A stretch of DNA of 54,572 nucleotides, taken from the NCBI GenBank assembly GCA_003510895.1, contig DOKE01000007.1, forward strand, positions 7,887-62,458, written 5' to 3'. This stretch comes from Candidatus Moraniibacteriota bacterium (GTDB lineage: Bacteria; Patescibacteriota; Minisyncoccia; Moranbacterales; GWC2-37-73). Both the position numbers and the translations under genes were made by a program. Under the pieces are notes generated by a model. That model made no database searches and was not told where the DNA came from. It worked only from the letters and a program-made list of their open reading frames with translations. Below, in pieces: positions 27,939 to 36,950 of the stretch (positions within the stretch are counted from its first letter, which is position 1; every line of letters starts with the position of its first letter).

Positions 27939-28997
27939 TTATTTTTGCGGTTTCTTGTTTTTAATTAAAATTCTGAAATAAGGACATTTTCCATTGATAG
28001 ACAAATCTTTTTCATCATTTCCTTTTCTAAATTTTACTATTTCAAATTGAGCAGGATTGTACTTATCTATAAAAGTAATCGGTACGCCCATTACGCCATC
28101 CCAATCCATTGGAATTTCAGCAGTTACATTTATATTTATAGCATCATAATTATCATATTTAGGATATTCTCCAGATGAATATTTCTTATATAAAACTAAA
28201 TCTTCATGACGTTTATCGTAATCAAGATTCGTAAACCATCTTACACCCTTCACTCTAATATATTTATTTCCTTTTTCATCTACTCGTGCTCCCGCCGCTT
28301 CAAGTGGATAATCTTCTGGAACCTGAAACTCACGATCTCCACTATGAATACTCACTCCGAACCACAGCTTATCTGCTTTAACTAGGGGGAATATTTCTTT
28401 ATAAGTAATTGCATTCATATTTCCAAGAATCAAAAACTTTTTATTATATTCAACTAACTGTGCAACATATTCTCTAAAAAGTGAAAAAGGTGGATTGGTT
28501 ACCACAATATCCGCTTGTTTCAAGAGTTCTATACTTTCTTCACTTCTAAAATCTCCATCGCCTTCTAGTGGTGTCCATTCATTATTTTTATTAGCCTTTA
28601 ATTGTTCGGCAATATCACGTAAATCAAATGCACCATCACCATCAAGATCACTAACTTCATTGATAATAAATTTGTTGGCCGTTAATTTTGGACGACCTTT
28701 TGACGTGGTGAGTGTTTTGTCGTCGCCAAATAGTCCAAGCTGGGTATTGGCAATTGGTGATGGCTTGTAACTTGTAGCGATAAGTTTCTTCAAACCTAAA
28801 GCATTGAAATTTGAGGCAAAATACTTAAAAAAATTACTCTCAAACGGATCGTCACAATTGCAATAAACAACCTTACCACGAAATTGTTCTTTATAGTGTT
28901 TTAATTCCTTTTCAATATCAACAAGCTGAGTATAAAACTCGTCTTTTTTTGCCTTGTTGGCTTTATGTAAATTATTATTTAATGACTTACTTGCCAT
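27939..28997 (-). CDS. EcoRI-methylase-family N6-adenine DNA methyltransferase
   Basis: N-terminal KDEFYTQLVDIEKEL...VVYCNCDDPFESNFFKYF and catalytic VVTNPPFSLF ((D/N)PP(Y/F) motif). Confidence 0.8.
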   Translation of the reverse strand: MASKSLNNNLHKANKAKKDEFYTQLVDIEKELKHYKEQFRGKVVYCNCDDPFESNFFKYFASNFNALGLKKLIATSYKPSPIANTQLGLFGDDKTLTTSKGRPKLTANKFIINEVSDLDGDGAFDLRDIAEQLKANKNNEWTPLEGDGDFRSEESIELLKQADIVVTNPPFSLFREYVAQLVEYNKKFLILGNMNAITYKEIFPLVKADKLWFGVSIHSGDREFQVPEDYPLEAAGARVDEKGNKYIRVKGVRWFTNLDYDKRHEDLVLYKKYSSGEYPKYDNYDAININVTAEIPMDWDGVMGVPITFIDKYNPAQFEIVKFRKGNDEKDLSINGKCPYFRILIKNKKPQK

Positions 28998-29195
28998 AAA
29001 TTATTTATCTAAGATAATAAAAGAAGTCAGGTACTTTTTAAGCTTAAAATTCAATATAAATCAACAATACCACAATAAACCCCTCGAAACAACCACGTAA
29101 AATTGCCGTTCAATCACGTGGCACGCTTCTGCTTTAAGCGGTATTTGGGGATTTTTGTGTTATGATATTATAAAGAGAAATTAAACTAAAATCAT

Positions 29196-30326
29196 ATGCG
29201 AATTTCATATTCTGCTTTGAACACTTTTCAAACCTGCTCGCTCAAATACAAATTTCAAAATATTGACAAAATAAAAGAGCCGAAATCCAAAGAGGCTGTT
29301 TTTGGAACAATTATTCACTCCACTTTGAATTTTTTTCACACCCCTTCGCTTGTTCCACCTACCACAGAACAGGCGTTGGATTTTTTTTCCAAAGACTGGA
29401 ACAGCGATGTTTTTGAAAATGAATTAGAAGAAAGAGCCGCTTTTTCTCTGGGAGTTTCTATCATTTCCAATTATTGCAGAAAAAATAATCCTTCCGATTT
29501 CAACATTATTGATTTGGAAAGTCGTTTTGAAATTGTCGTTGAAGATGCTGAAACAAAAATAAAGCATATTGTTTCCGGAATTGTGGATAGAATGGACAAA
29601 ACAGAGGATGGTTATGAAATCATAGATTATAAAACCACCAGAAAAATGCCTTCTCAAGAAAAAGTGGAGGAGGACTTACAGCTCTCTGTATACTTAATGG
29701 CTTTTCTTGAACGTTATCCCAAGGAAATTGAAAGATTGGATAAAATAGTAGTAAGTCTTTACTATTTGAAACACGGAGTTAAACTTAGTTCTCAACGAAC
29801 ATTGGAACAACTAAGCAGCGCCAAACAATTATTTTTAGATGTTATTAAGGAAATTGAAAAAGGAATTTTCACTCCCAATGTTAATCCGCTTTGCGATTGG
29901 TGCGGCTATCAAAAAATATGTCCCGCTTGGAAACATAAATTCAAAGAAGAAAGGAAAATAGATACACAAGAAATTAATCAAGCAATTGACGAATATATTT
30001 CCATTAAAAACCAATTAGCCGGAGAAAAAATTAAATTAGGAAAGCTTCAAGAAAAAATTGAACAATATATGCAACAAGAAGGCGTAGAAAGAGTGTTTGG
30101 AGAAAATGGAATTATTGCGCAAACGCTGAGAAAAACCTACAAATATGACGCAAAAACAATTCGTGATATTTTGGAGCCCCTCGGCAAATGGGATAGTGTT
30201 ATCAAAATTGACGCCATTGCTCTCAAAAACACAATGCCGCTTCTTTCTTTATCTGCCAGAAAAGAAATAGAGAATGCAAAAGTTTTAGATAAAGAAAGCA
30301 AGAGTATTTCCGTGAAGAAAAAATAG
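29196..30326 (+). CDS. Cas4/RecB-like PD-(D/E)XK nuclease with a 4-Cys (Fe-S type) cluster and a C-terminal coiled-coil extension
   Basis: C14 near the N-terminus, GTIIHSTL, IVDRMD...YEIIDYKT (D...D/ExK), QLSVYLMAF (QxxxY), and CDWCGYQKIC. There are no cas1/cas2 genes or CRISPR array in the window. Confidence 0.75.
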   Translation: MRISYSALNTFQTCSLKYKFQNIDKIKEPKSKEAVFGTIIHSTLNFFHTPSLVPPTTEQALDFFSKDWNSDVFENELEERAAFSLGVSIISNYCRKNNPSDFNIIDLESRFEIVVEDAETKIKHIVSGIVDRMDKTEDGYEIIDYKTTRKMPSQEKVEEDLQLSVYLMAFLERYPKEIERLDKIVVSLYYLKHGVKLSSQRTLEQLSSAKQLFLDVIKEIEKGIFTPNVNPLCDWCGYQKICPAWKHKFKEERKIDTQEINQAIDEYISIKNQLAGEKIKLGKLQEKIEQYMQQEGVERVFGENGIIAQTLRKTYKYDAKTIRDILEPLGKWDSVIKIDAIALKNTMPLLSLSARKEIENAKVLDKESKSISVKKK

Positions 30327-30329
30327 TGG

Positions 30330-31058
30330 TTAGAATTTCAAAAATTTTTCCCAATATTCATACAGCTTTTTAGTGGCTATCAGATCCCCAACATTATATT
30401 TGGCAATTTCCAGATACTTTTTTTCTTTGAAAAGTTTTCCCACGTCATCGCCTGTCACTCCTTCCGCTTTGGGACTCTTGATTCCAAAGGCGCGCGACCA
30501 AAGATGCAGATTGCCTTTTTTGCGAACCGTGCCATAAAAAGTGAGTTGGTCCAACAAATCAATATGACGCGCTTCTCTGGCGTGCGTGTTTAAATATCTT
30601 TTTCCCACCAAGTTCTTGCTTGATTTTATTTTGTGAATAGCGCTGCGAATCATCAGAAAAGGAACATCGAAAGATCTTCCATTGAAACTTATAAATTCTT
30701 CATAAACTTCGGCAAGTTTCCAAAATCTTTCCAGCATTTCCTTTTCATTCATCGGTTTGAATTTTATTCCATTTTCTTCAAATTCAAGAATGTTTTCATT
30801 AAGAGATTGAAAATACACAGCCCCTCTTTCTTTTTCAACGTCATAGACTCCAATAGCCACAACTTCTCCAGTCAGAGGAGAAAAACCCAAGCGATTTTTC
30901 ACGTCAGAAAGCGCTTGTTGATATTGGATTTCATTTTCTGATTCTTTCTTTATCCAACGTGTCAAACTATCCTGAGTTGTTTCGTCCAGACTATCAAAAT
31001 TTTCTCCAATTGTCTCAATATCAAAAACCAGTTTTTTTGCCATACCCGTTTTCTGCAT
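30330..31058 (-). CDS. Predicted 3'-5' exonuclease related to the PolB exonuclease domain (RNase H fold, DEDDy)
   Basis: Exo motifs VFDIETIG, ISFNGRSFDVPFL, HIDLLD and YNVGDLIAT. Confidence 0.7.
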   Translation of the reverse strand: MQKTGMAKKLVFDIETIGENFDSLDETTQDSLTRWIKKESENEIQYQQALSDVKNRLGFSPLTGEVVAIGVYDVEKERGAVYFQSLNENILEFEENGIKFKPMNEKEMLERFWKLAEVYEEFISFNGRSFDVPFLMIRSAIHKIKSSKNLVGKRYLNTHAREARHIDLLDQLTFYGTVRKKGNLHLWSRAFGIKSPKAEGVTGDDVGKLFKEKKYLEIAKYNVGDLIATKKLYEYWEKFLKF

Positions 31059-31070
31059 TTTGAATAAATT

Positions 31071-31202
31071 TTAATTCGACCAATTACTCATCATAATTCC
31101 CAGGTCTCTGGTGTTAATAGCGCTGTCCAGATTAACATCGGAATTTTCATCCCCTGTCTGTAACCAGTTATCGATAAGAGAGATGAAATTAGAAAGATTG
31201 TA
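31071..31202 (-). repeat. Copy 1 of the conserved ~132-nt 3' gene segment encoding the shared 43-aa C-terminal tail
   Basis: Aligned by eye with 33253-33384. The encoded tails match at 38 of 43 residues (YNLSNFISLIDNWLQ...TRDLGIMMSNWSN). Confidence 0.85.
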
Positions 31203-33248
31203 AGTCGCAGTAACAATATTGGGAGCTGGGTCATCTGGAACGGTATTCGGCCTAAGGGAATATATTGAAAAATTTGCGTCAGAAACAGATTTGATATAGT
31301 TTCCAAAACAATCTGAATTTATGTGGGGAGGACGTGTTTCTGCCAATCTAGTGAATCCGTTAGAATCTGTTCCTTCATCAAAACAAGCCTCTTGACCATC
31401 ATAAGCGTTATCTCTGTGGGTAACCAATCCGAAATTATATATCTCCCAAAAAAAATAAGAATTGTCCTTCCATTGCCAAAGATGAGCTCCAACTTTAAAA
31501 TATGTTCCTTTGGGACTTTGTTCAAGAACAGCTCCTTGTAATTGACTTGCGTAGGCTTGCCCTCTTTCTTCTTGTGTTTCAAATGGCCCATTATTAAAGA
31601 AAACAACTCGCTTAAAAGAATCTCCGATTTTTATCGCATCTCTTAGCTCAGTATATTTTCCATTATAATAACCAGATTCTCTAACAATAAATGTTTTATT
31701 ATCAATAAAATCAGCTGGTGGCGCTGACCTATAATGCTGAGGAGATTCCGTAGCTCCTCTTATTATTGTTTCCGGTAAAGATGAAAACTGAATCCTAAAA
31801 TTATGAACTGGTGAAAATAATGGATTTCCAGCCCAATAAAAATTACAATCATCACAAGTGACAGTAATAGTCTTAGCTACATCATCAAAAGTAAACGAAC
31901 TAACAGTTCCTGAATATCCAAGGGGGCTATCGTTTTCCGCAGTAAAAAATCCGTCCAAATTAAAAGCAGAAAAAGGTTTCTCCAAAATATCAGACCATTT
32001 TCCAGCCTCAGGATCTAATTGCACGGCCACTAAATCTGCATAGACCTCATTTCCATCCTCACTTATCATACCCTTATAACAATATTCTTTGGGCGTACCA
32101 AAATTATTTGTAGAAAGAATATGTTTAGATCCGGAACTTTTAAATGCTTCATAGACAGTCTTATACCATTTACGCATAATCTTTTCTGCAAACTTTTCTA
32201 AGTCTTCTTTGACAGCAGGATGGCTAACTATGCCTTGTGGATTTTCTTTGCCCCAATCTGCACCAAGATTGCTTCCATTCTCATCAAGAACTCCTGTTCC
32301 AGCCCCCCATCCACCATCAGAATCCCAAGAAGTATAGGAAGTTCCCCAAGCACTGTTCAGAGCTTCTAACGTTGAATATTTTTCTCTAAGAAAATCACGT
32401 GCTGCATATTTTGTATACATCTTAGAATCAGAATATGTTTGAGCACCTAGAAATCCACGCGAATCTTCTTGCATCTTAAAATTTGTGGCCATAGAAACAA
32501 ATCCTAGGTGATTATGTGTGATGTCAACACCTCGCATTTCATCTGTTTGGTCCATAAAAACAAATACTATCCACTGCGAATCTTTGTTTGATATTGAAGC
32601 AGCGTATTCTTGTGATTCTTTAAACTTAGGATCAAAAACATCTGGGAAAAAAGGTCTTGATCCTTGAACAAGTGTAAAAACTGGTCCATAAATATTTTTA
32701 ACGCGCCATTCCTTGTCAGCTCCCATTGAATCACGCCCAGCCCTGTTTGTAATTACTTGGGGCATTTTATTATCAGGAAGATTTCCCATTTCTTGGGATG
32801 ACATATTTCCATCACTATCAAATTTTGCGGAAGCGGGAGGAAAAGCAAACGTTCCTAAATGATTAAAACCCCATTCCTTGAGTCTTTTCCTGGTATAATA
32901 TGCCCACCTGTCTTGCCAGTTTGAACCAAAACTATCATTTTCTTCAATTAGAGATTGATATTTATTTTGAACGTGATCTGAATAAGACAATCCTTCAGAG
33001 TCAGGTCCCCCATTAAGATTAACTGCTCCTATGCCTGTCATAAACATAGCATTTCCCTCTGGTGTAACAACCCACCACTGATCGTCAGCTTTTGTTGTAT
33101 AAAAGTTACCGGTAGCGGGAAATGTAATTCCTTTATATCCCCCGTATTGATCAAGATCTTCAGGTTCAAATGCCAATAAATATTTTATTGGCATTAACAT
33201 AAAAAACGATATAGCTGCATATAAAATAATTTTTTTTATTTTTTGCAT
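31071..33248 (-). CDS. Secreted glycoside-hydrolase-like protein (clan GH-A/GH42-like TIM barrel, tentative) with a dockerin-like C-terminal tail
   Basis: N-terminal signal/TM. KEWGFNHLGTF and LEALNSAWGTSYTSW segments are reminiscent of GH42-type enzymes. C-terminal DVNLDSAINTRDL is a Ca-binding-loop-like motif. Confidence 0.45.
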   Translation of the reverse strand: MQKIKKIILYAAISFFMLMPIKYLLAFEPEDLDQYGGYKGITFPATGNFYTTKADDQWWVVTPEGNAMFMTGIGAVNLNGGPDSEGLSYSDHVQNKYQSLIEENDSFGSNWQDRWAYYTRKRLKEWGFNHLGTFAFPPASAKFDSDGNMSSQEMGNLPDNKMPQVITNRAGRDSMGADKEWRVKNIYGPVFTLVQGSRPFFPDVFDPKFKESQEYAASISNKDSQWIVFVFMDQTDEMRGVDITHNHLGFVSMATNFKMQEDSRGFLGAQTYSDSKMYTKYAARDFLREKYSTLEALNSAWGTSYTSWDSDGGWGAGTGVLDENGSNLGADWGKENPQGIVSHPAVKEDLEKFAEKIMRKWYKTVYEAFKSSGSKHILSTNNFGTPKEYCYKGMISEDGNEVYADLVAVQLDPEAGKWSDILEKPFSAFNLDGFFTAENDSPLGYSGTVSSFTFDDVAKTITVTCDDCNFYWAGNPLFSPVHNFRIQFSSLPETIIRGATESPQHYRSAPPADFIDNKTFIVRESGYYNGKYTELRDAIKIGDSFKRVVFFNNGPFETQEERGQAYASQLQGAVLEQSPKGTYFKVGAHLWQWKDNSYFFWEIYNFGLVTHRDNAYDGQEACFDEGTDSNGFTRLAETRPPHINSDCFGNYIKSVSDANFSIYSLRPNTVPDDPAPNIVTATYNLSNFISLIDNWLQTGDENSDVNLDSAINTRDLGIMMSNWSN

Positions 33249-33252
33249 AATT

Positions 33253-33384
33253 TTAATTTGACCAATTACTCATCATAATTCCCAGGTCCCTGGTGTCGAC
33301 AGTGCTGTCTAAATTAATATCTGAGTTTTCATCTCCTGCTTGTAACCAATTATCAATAAGGGAGATGAAATTAGAAAGATTATA
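33253..33384 (-). repeat. Copy 2 of the conserved ~132-nt 3' gene segment
   Basis: See copy 1. Nucleotide identity is high over the tail and extends a few nt past the stop codon (aattttaatt). Confidence 0.85.
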
Positions 33385-36159
33385 GGCAGGAGCAGCGGCT
33401 TCGGTGGTAACCGCAAGTCCAGCAGATTGATCGGAATCATTGCCAGCAGCATCGTAAGCGGAAACAGCATAGGCATAGGCAGTTTCCGGAGTTAAATTAG
33501 TATCGGAATAACTTGCGTCAAAAGTAGTGTCTACTTGGATACCATTTCTAAATATCTTATATCCGGCAACGGACGTGTTGTCAGTAGATTCTGTCCAAGA
33601 TAGAGATATTTGATTGGAAGTTACCAATGTTGATTCCAATCCGGCGGGAGCTGTTGGATCCTCAACATCTCCAACACCAAGTATTTCGTCATAAAGATTA
33701 TTTAATTTATTCACCACGGGAGTAACAAAATCTCCACAATCTTGTGTTTCACCATTGGCAATAGTAGCCGATCCGTCATAAAGATTGGAGTTTACACTCA
33801 TAAAACCAAAATTGCGTTTTTCTTTTTTATAATTTTCAAATCCAAAATCCCAATATGACCAATGAGAAAATCCGGTTAACACATAATCTCCATTATCTGC
33901 TTGCAGCTGTCGCATATCAGTTAAATAATCAACATATTCGGAAGCTCTTTCTTCCTGGGTAAGAGGGAACCAGATTGATGGTTTGGGATTTTCTGTTTTA
34001 TACCCGTCGAAATTGGCAAGATTATCTTGAGTGAAAATATAATACGTATCGCCTGAATGGCAATGAGCAGCAACATCCGTTGGAACCGATACCCATGCTT
34101 CTCCCGGACCAAACATAGTTGACCAATTATTTGCAAAATTCAAAGTAGTTGCAGTAGTTGCAGTTGGATCTATTTTATAAAATACCCATTCTGAGATAGG
34201 GTCTTCAGCATTACAAATAACCGTCATTGGAGCATTGGCATTATAAGCTTGGCTTCCTATGGATCCAATAAAATCCTGCGAGTTATCAGTAATAGACGTT
34301 GTTGTTACTGAGTCTATTATTCCAGTATGTGTTGTGCCACTATCTGCTTCCGCATCAAGCCAAGTAGATGTAATCCAATATGGTCTTCCATGAAAATCAT
34401 AAAAGTCTTTCAATTTTGGACCTTGCCATTCAAAATAACTTTCATCAGAAGAACTCAAAAATTTTCCACTTACATTTCCAATAGAAATTACATCGACATA
34501 TGCCTCGCTTGCATCAGCAGAAACTGATCCTCTGAATAAATATTCCGGAGAACTTGATCCTCTTCCATCAGACATCCATTCTTTTGATCCGTGATAACCG
34601 GGACCCATATTTAATAAATCTACTCCTCCGAACAATTCCAAAAGTGCATCATGAACTCCCTTGGTATATAATCTCCAAAAAGATTCCGCTATTCCATCAA
34701 GATCATCAGCTAATGCTGGATTAGCCGAATGTTCATCGCATGGAGCCCATCCCCATAAAGAAGCTTTATTAGCCGAATTGACACAAGAGTCAGTCTTATT
34801 AGCCTTTGGGCCATTTGATAATATTGTATCAATGATAGCCCCTGTGTCATTCATTAATTCATCCCAATTTAAATAGGAAGTTCCCCAGGCAGAGTTAAGC
34901 GCAGAAATATTAGCGTATTTTCCAACTAAATCAGGAAATCCTCCATATGCACAATCAGTTGAACAATTATATGCAGCATCCAAATATTCTCTAGCCAATT
35001 CTTTTCTTGGCGCCGTGGCAGCAGAAGTAAACACTCTATATCCCATATGCTCCGTGGTATATTCTTGTTGAACGTATCCAGGCTCCTCATCCCACTTAAC
35101 TCCCATAACGTATGGATTGGCAGGAATATTCCATTTGAATTTTTCATATGGAGTTAGAAGATGATCAGACCAGACTAGCTCACTTCTATCTGAATCACAA
35201 GCTGGATCAACATCGGTATTAGGTTCACCAAATATAGTTATTGCTCCATAAGTTGACGAAGCACTTCCATCGCAACCATTAATAGAAGCCATTAAATCAT
35301 CTTTAAAATCTGGACTAGCCGCATCATGTAATCTACTTCCATTAATGGTAATGTTGGGCGTGTTTGCAAGCGTTAATCCATTTACTCTTGGGAATAGCGT
35401 AAACGGCATATATCTTTCCGGGGTTTTATATGTGCTAACCGGACTGGGATTAGAATGTGATCCGGGCACCATATAATAAAATTCATTAAGTTCTCCGGTC
35501 ATATTAAATCCTTGCTCTTTCAGAAGATCTTTCATATGCCAAAGGGTTGCAGCAAGGCCGGCAGTGGTGGTTCCATTGCCTCCATATATTGGTTGAGCGT
35601 CAACTTTGCTAGCCCAAGTCTCTCCATTGATATTTTTTCCATAATTTTGTCCTGATTGAGTGTAAGCATTAAGTCCCTTTGCCCAAAATCCATTTCCATA
35701 CGGATCAATCCAGAGCCAACGATTGTTTATTTTTTCCATTCTCCACAAATCAAGCACGGCATATTCTTCTGCGCCACTATTTTCATCTTCCAAGCTGCGT
35801 TTAGCTTCTTCATCTGAATCCACTATTGATGAACCTCTGACTGTTATCGAGTTATTAGTATTTGATTTTATGGAAAAATAAACTTCCCTATCAGCATCCG
35901 GCTGAAGAATTAATCCGACCAACTCATCTACCTCCCAATTTTTTGAAGTATCATTCAATGTCCAACACCAATTATCCGGTCCTGTTTGTTCACATCCGGA
36001 AATTGATGTCGCTGTTCCGGTTTGATATTTAGTGCCGGAAAAAGGCAACCTGTCATCTCCTCCCCACTTATCAACAGCCGCATTTGCAACAGAAAATTCA
36101 AATGACAAAACTAAAAAAAACATTCCAAACAACCACTTTTTTATTTTTTTATTTTTCAT
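33253..36159 (-). CDS. Large secreted glycoside-hydrolase-like paralog with a fibronectin type III domain and a dockerin-like C-terminal tail
   Basis: Signal/TM at the N-terminus. ISALNSAWGTSYLNW parallels the neighbouring gene. FN3-like segment PTAPAGL...ISLSWTESTDNTSVAGYKIFRNG...YAYAVSAYDAAGN. Same C-terminal tail as 31071-33248. Confidence 0.5.
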   Translation of the reverse strand: MKNKKIKKWLFGMFFLVLSFEFSVANAAVDKWGGDDRLPFSGTKYQTGTATSISGCEQTGPDNWCWTLNDTSKNWEVDELVGLILQPDADREVYFSIKSNTNNSITVRGSSIVDSDEEAKRSLEDENSGAEEYAVLDLWRMEKINNRWLWIDPYGNGFWAKGLNAYTQSGQNYGKNINGETWASKVDAQPIYGGNGTTTAGLAATLWHMKDLLKEQGFNMTGELNEFYYMVPGSHSNPSPVSTYKTPERYMPFTLFPRVNGLTLANTPNITINGSRLHDAASPDFKDDLMASINGCDGSASSTYGAITIFGEPNTDVDPACDSDRSELVWSDHLLTPYEKFKWNIPANPYVMGVKWDEEPGYVQQEYTTEHMGYRVFTSAATAPRKELAREYLDAAYNCSTDCAYGGFPDLVGKYANISALNSAWGTSYLNWDELMNDTGAIIDTILSNGPKANKTDSCVNSANKASLWGWAPCDEHSANPALADDLDGIAESFWRLYTKGVHDALLELFGGVDLLNMGPGYHGSKEWMSDGRGSSSPEYLFRGSVSADASEAYVDVISIGNVSGKFLSSSDESYFEWQGPKLKDFYDFHGRPYWITSTWLDAEADSGTTHTGIIDSVTTTSITDNSQDFIGSIGSQAYNANAPMTVICNAEDPISEWVFYKIDPTATTATTLNFANNWSTMFGPGEAWVSVPTDVAAHCHSGDTYYIFTQDNLANFDGYKTENPKPSIWFPLTQEERASEYVDYLTDMRQLQADNGDYVLTGFSHWSYWDFGFENYKKEKRNFGFMSVNSNLYDGSATIANGETQDCGDFVTPVVNKLNNLYDEILGVGDVEDPTAPAGLESTLVTSNQISLSWTESTDNTSVAGYKIFRNGIQVDTTFDASYSDTNLTPETAYAYAVSAYDAAGNDSDQSAGLAVTTEAAAPAYNLSNFISLIDNWLQAGDENSDINLDSTVDTRDLGIMMSNWSN

Positions 36160-36194
36160 ATTTAATTTATTTTTTGCTTGCTTAAATTTATTTT

Positions 36195-36203
36195 ATTATA
36201 GCA
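36195..36203 (-). promoter_or_regulatory. Extended -10 promoter element TGCTATAAT (minus strand) upstream of the 968-aa gene
   Basis: Plus-strand attatagca at 36195-36203, ~36 nt upstream of the ATG at 36159. No good -35 element. Confidence 0.45.
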
Positions 36204-36241
36204 TTTTTTATCTTTGCAAACAAATTTTTAGATACGCAAAA

Positions 36242-36934
36242 TCAGTTTATTATTGTCCCTGTAAAAGATTTTTTATTCAGATAGTTTTCCAGATTTTCCA
36301 AATTTTTTCCATTCATAATCGCCACTTCCATTTTTTCTTCAGCGGCTAGCCTAGAAGCTACCGGGTCAAACGGAACATTGGCGCCCGGATCCCACTTATC
36401 ACCCACTATTTTTTGAAATTCGCTCCATTGAATATGCTCGATTTTTCTTGCGTCCTGACTTATTTTTGGATCCTTGTCATAGACATAGTCAATATTGGAA
36501 AGATTGACTATTTTTTTAGCGCCAAATTGTTTTCCTAACAAAACTGCAATATAGTCCGTGGAATTTCCCGGTTTATATCCCGCCGCCACCAAAATTGATT
36601 CCTTAGCTTTAAGAAATCCTTCCAGGTCATACGGGTTTTTGTTGATAGTTGGATGAGCATATTTGCGAAAAATCGTTCTGACAAAATGCGCGTTCATTCG
36701 AGTGGCATGAATTCCCAGCCAATCCTTATCATCGCTGTTGATATCATCAATCTTGCTTCCAGCTTCAATATACTTTCTAGCCAACCTTCCTCCGCCAGTT
36801 ATAATAATAAATCTTTGTCCTTTCTCGATTTGTTTTTCAATTAATTCTTGGAATTTTTTCACAAATTCCCAATCAATTTCTTCTGGCACAATTAATGATC
36901 CACCCAAGGAAATAACAGTAATATTCTTATTCAT
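36242..36934 (-). CDS. pyrH: UMP kinase (archaeal-type amino-acid-kinase fold)
   Basis: ITVISLGGSLIV N-terminus and IIITGGGRLARKY. A length of ~230 aa is typical of archaeal-type PyrH. Confidence 0.8.
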   Translation of the reverse strand: MNKNITVISLGGSLIVPEEIDWEFVKKFQELIEKQIEKGQRFIIITGGGRLARKYIEAGSKIDDINSDDKDWLGIHATRMNAHFVRTIFRKYAHPTINKNPYDLEGFLKAKESILVAAGYKPGNSTDYIAVLLGKQFGAKKIVNLSNIDYVYDKDPKISQDARKIEHIQWSEFQKIVGDKWDPGANVPFDPVASRLAAEEKMEVAIMNGKNLENLENYLNKKSFTGTIIN

Positions 36935-36950
36935 TTTTTTGAATTATTTT

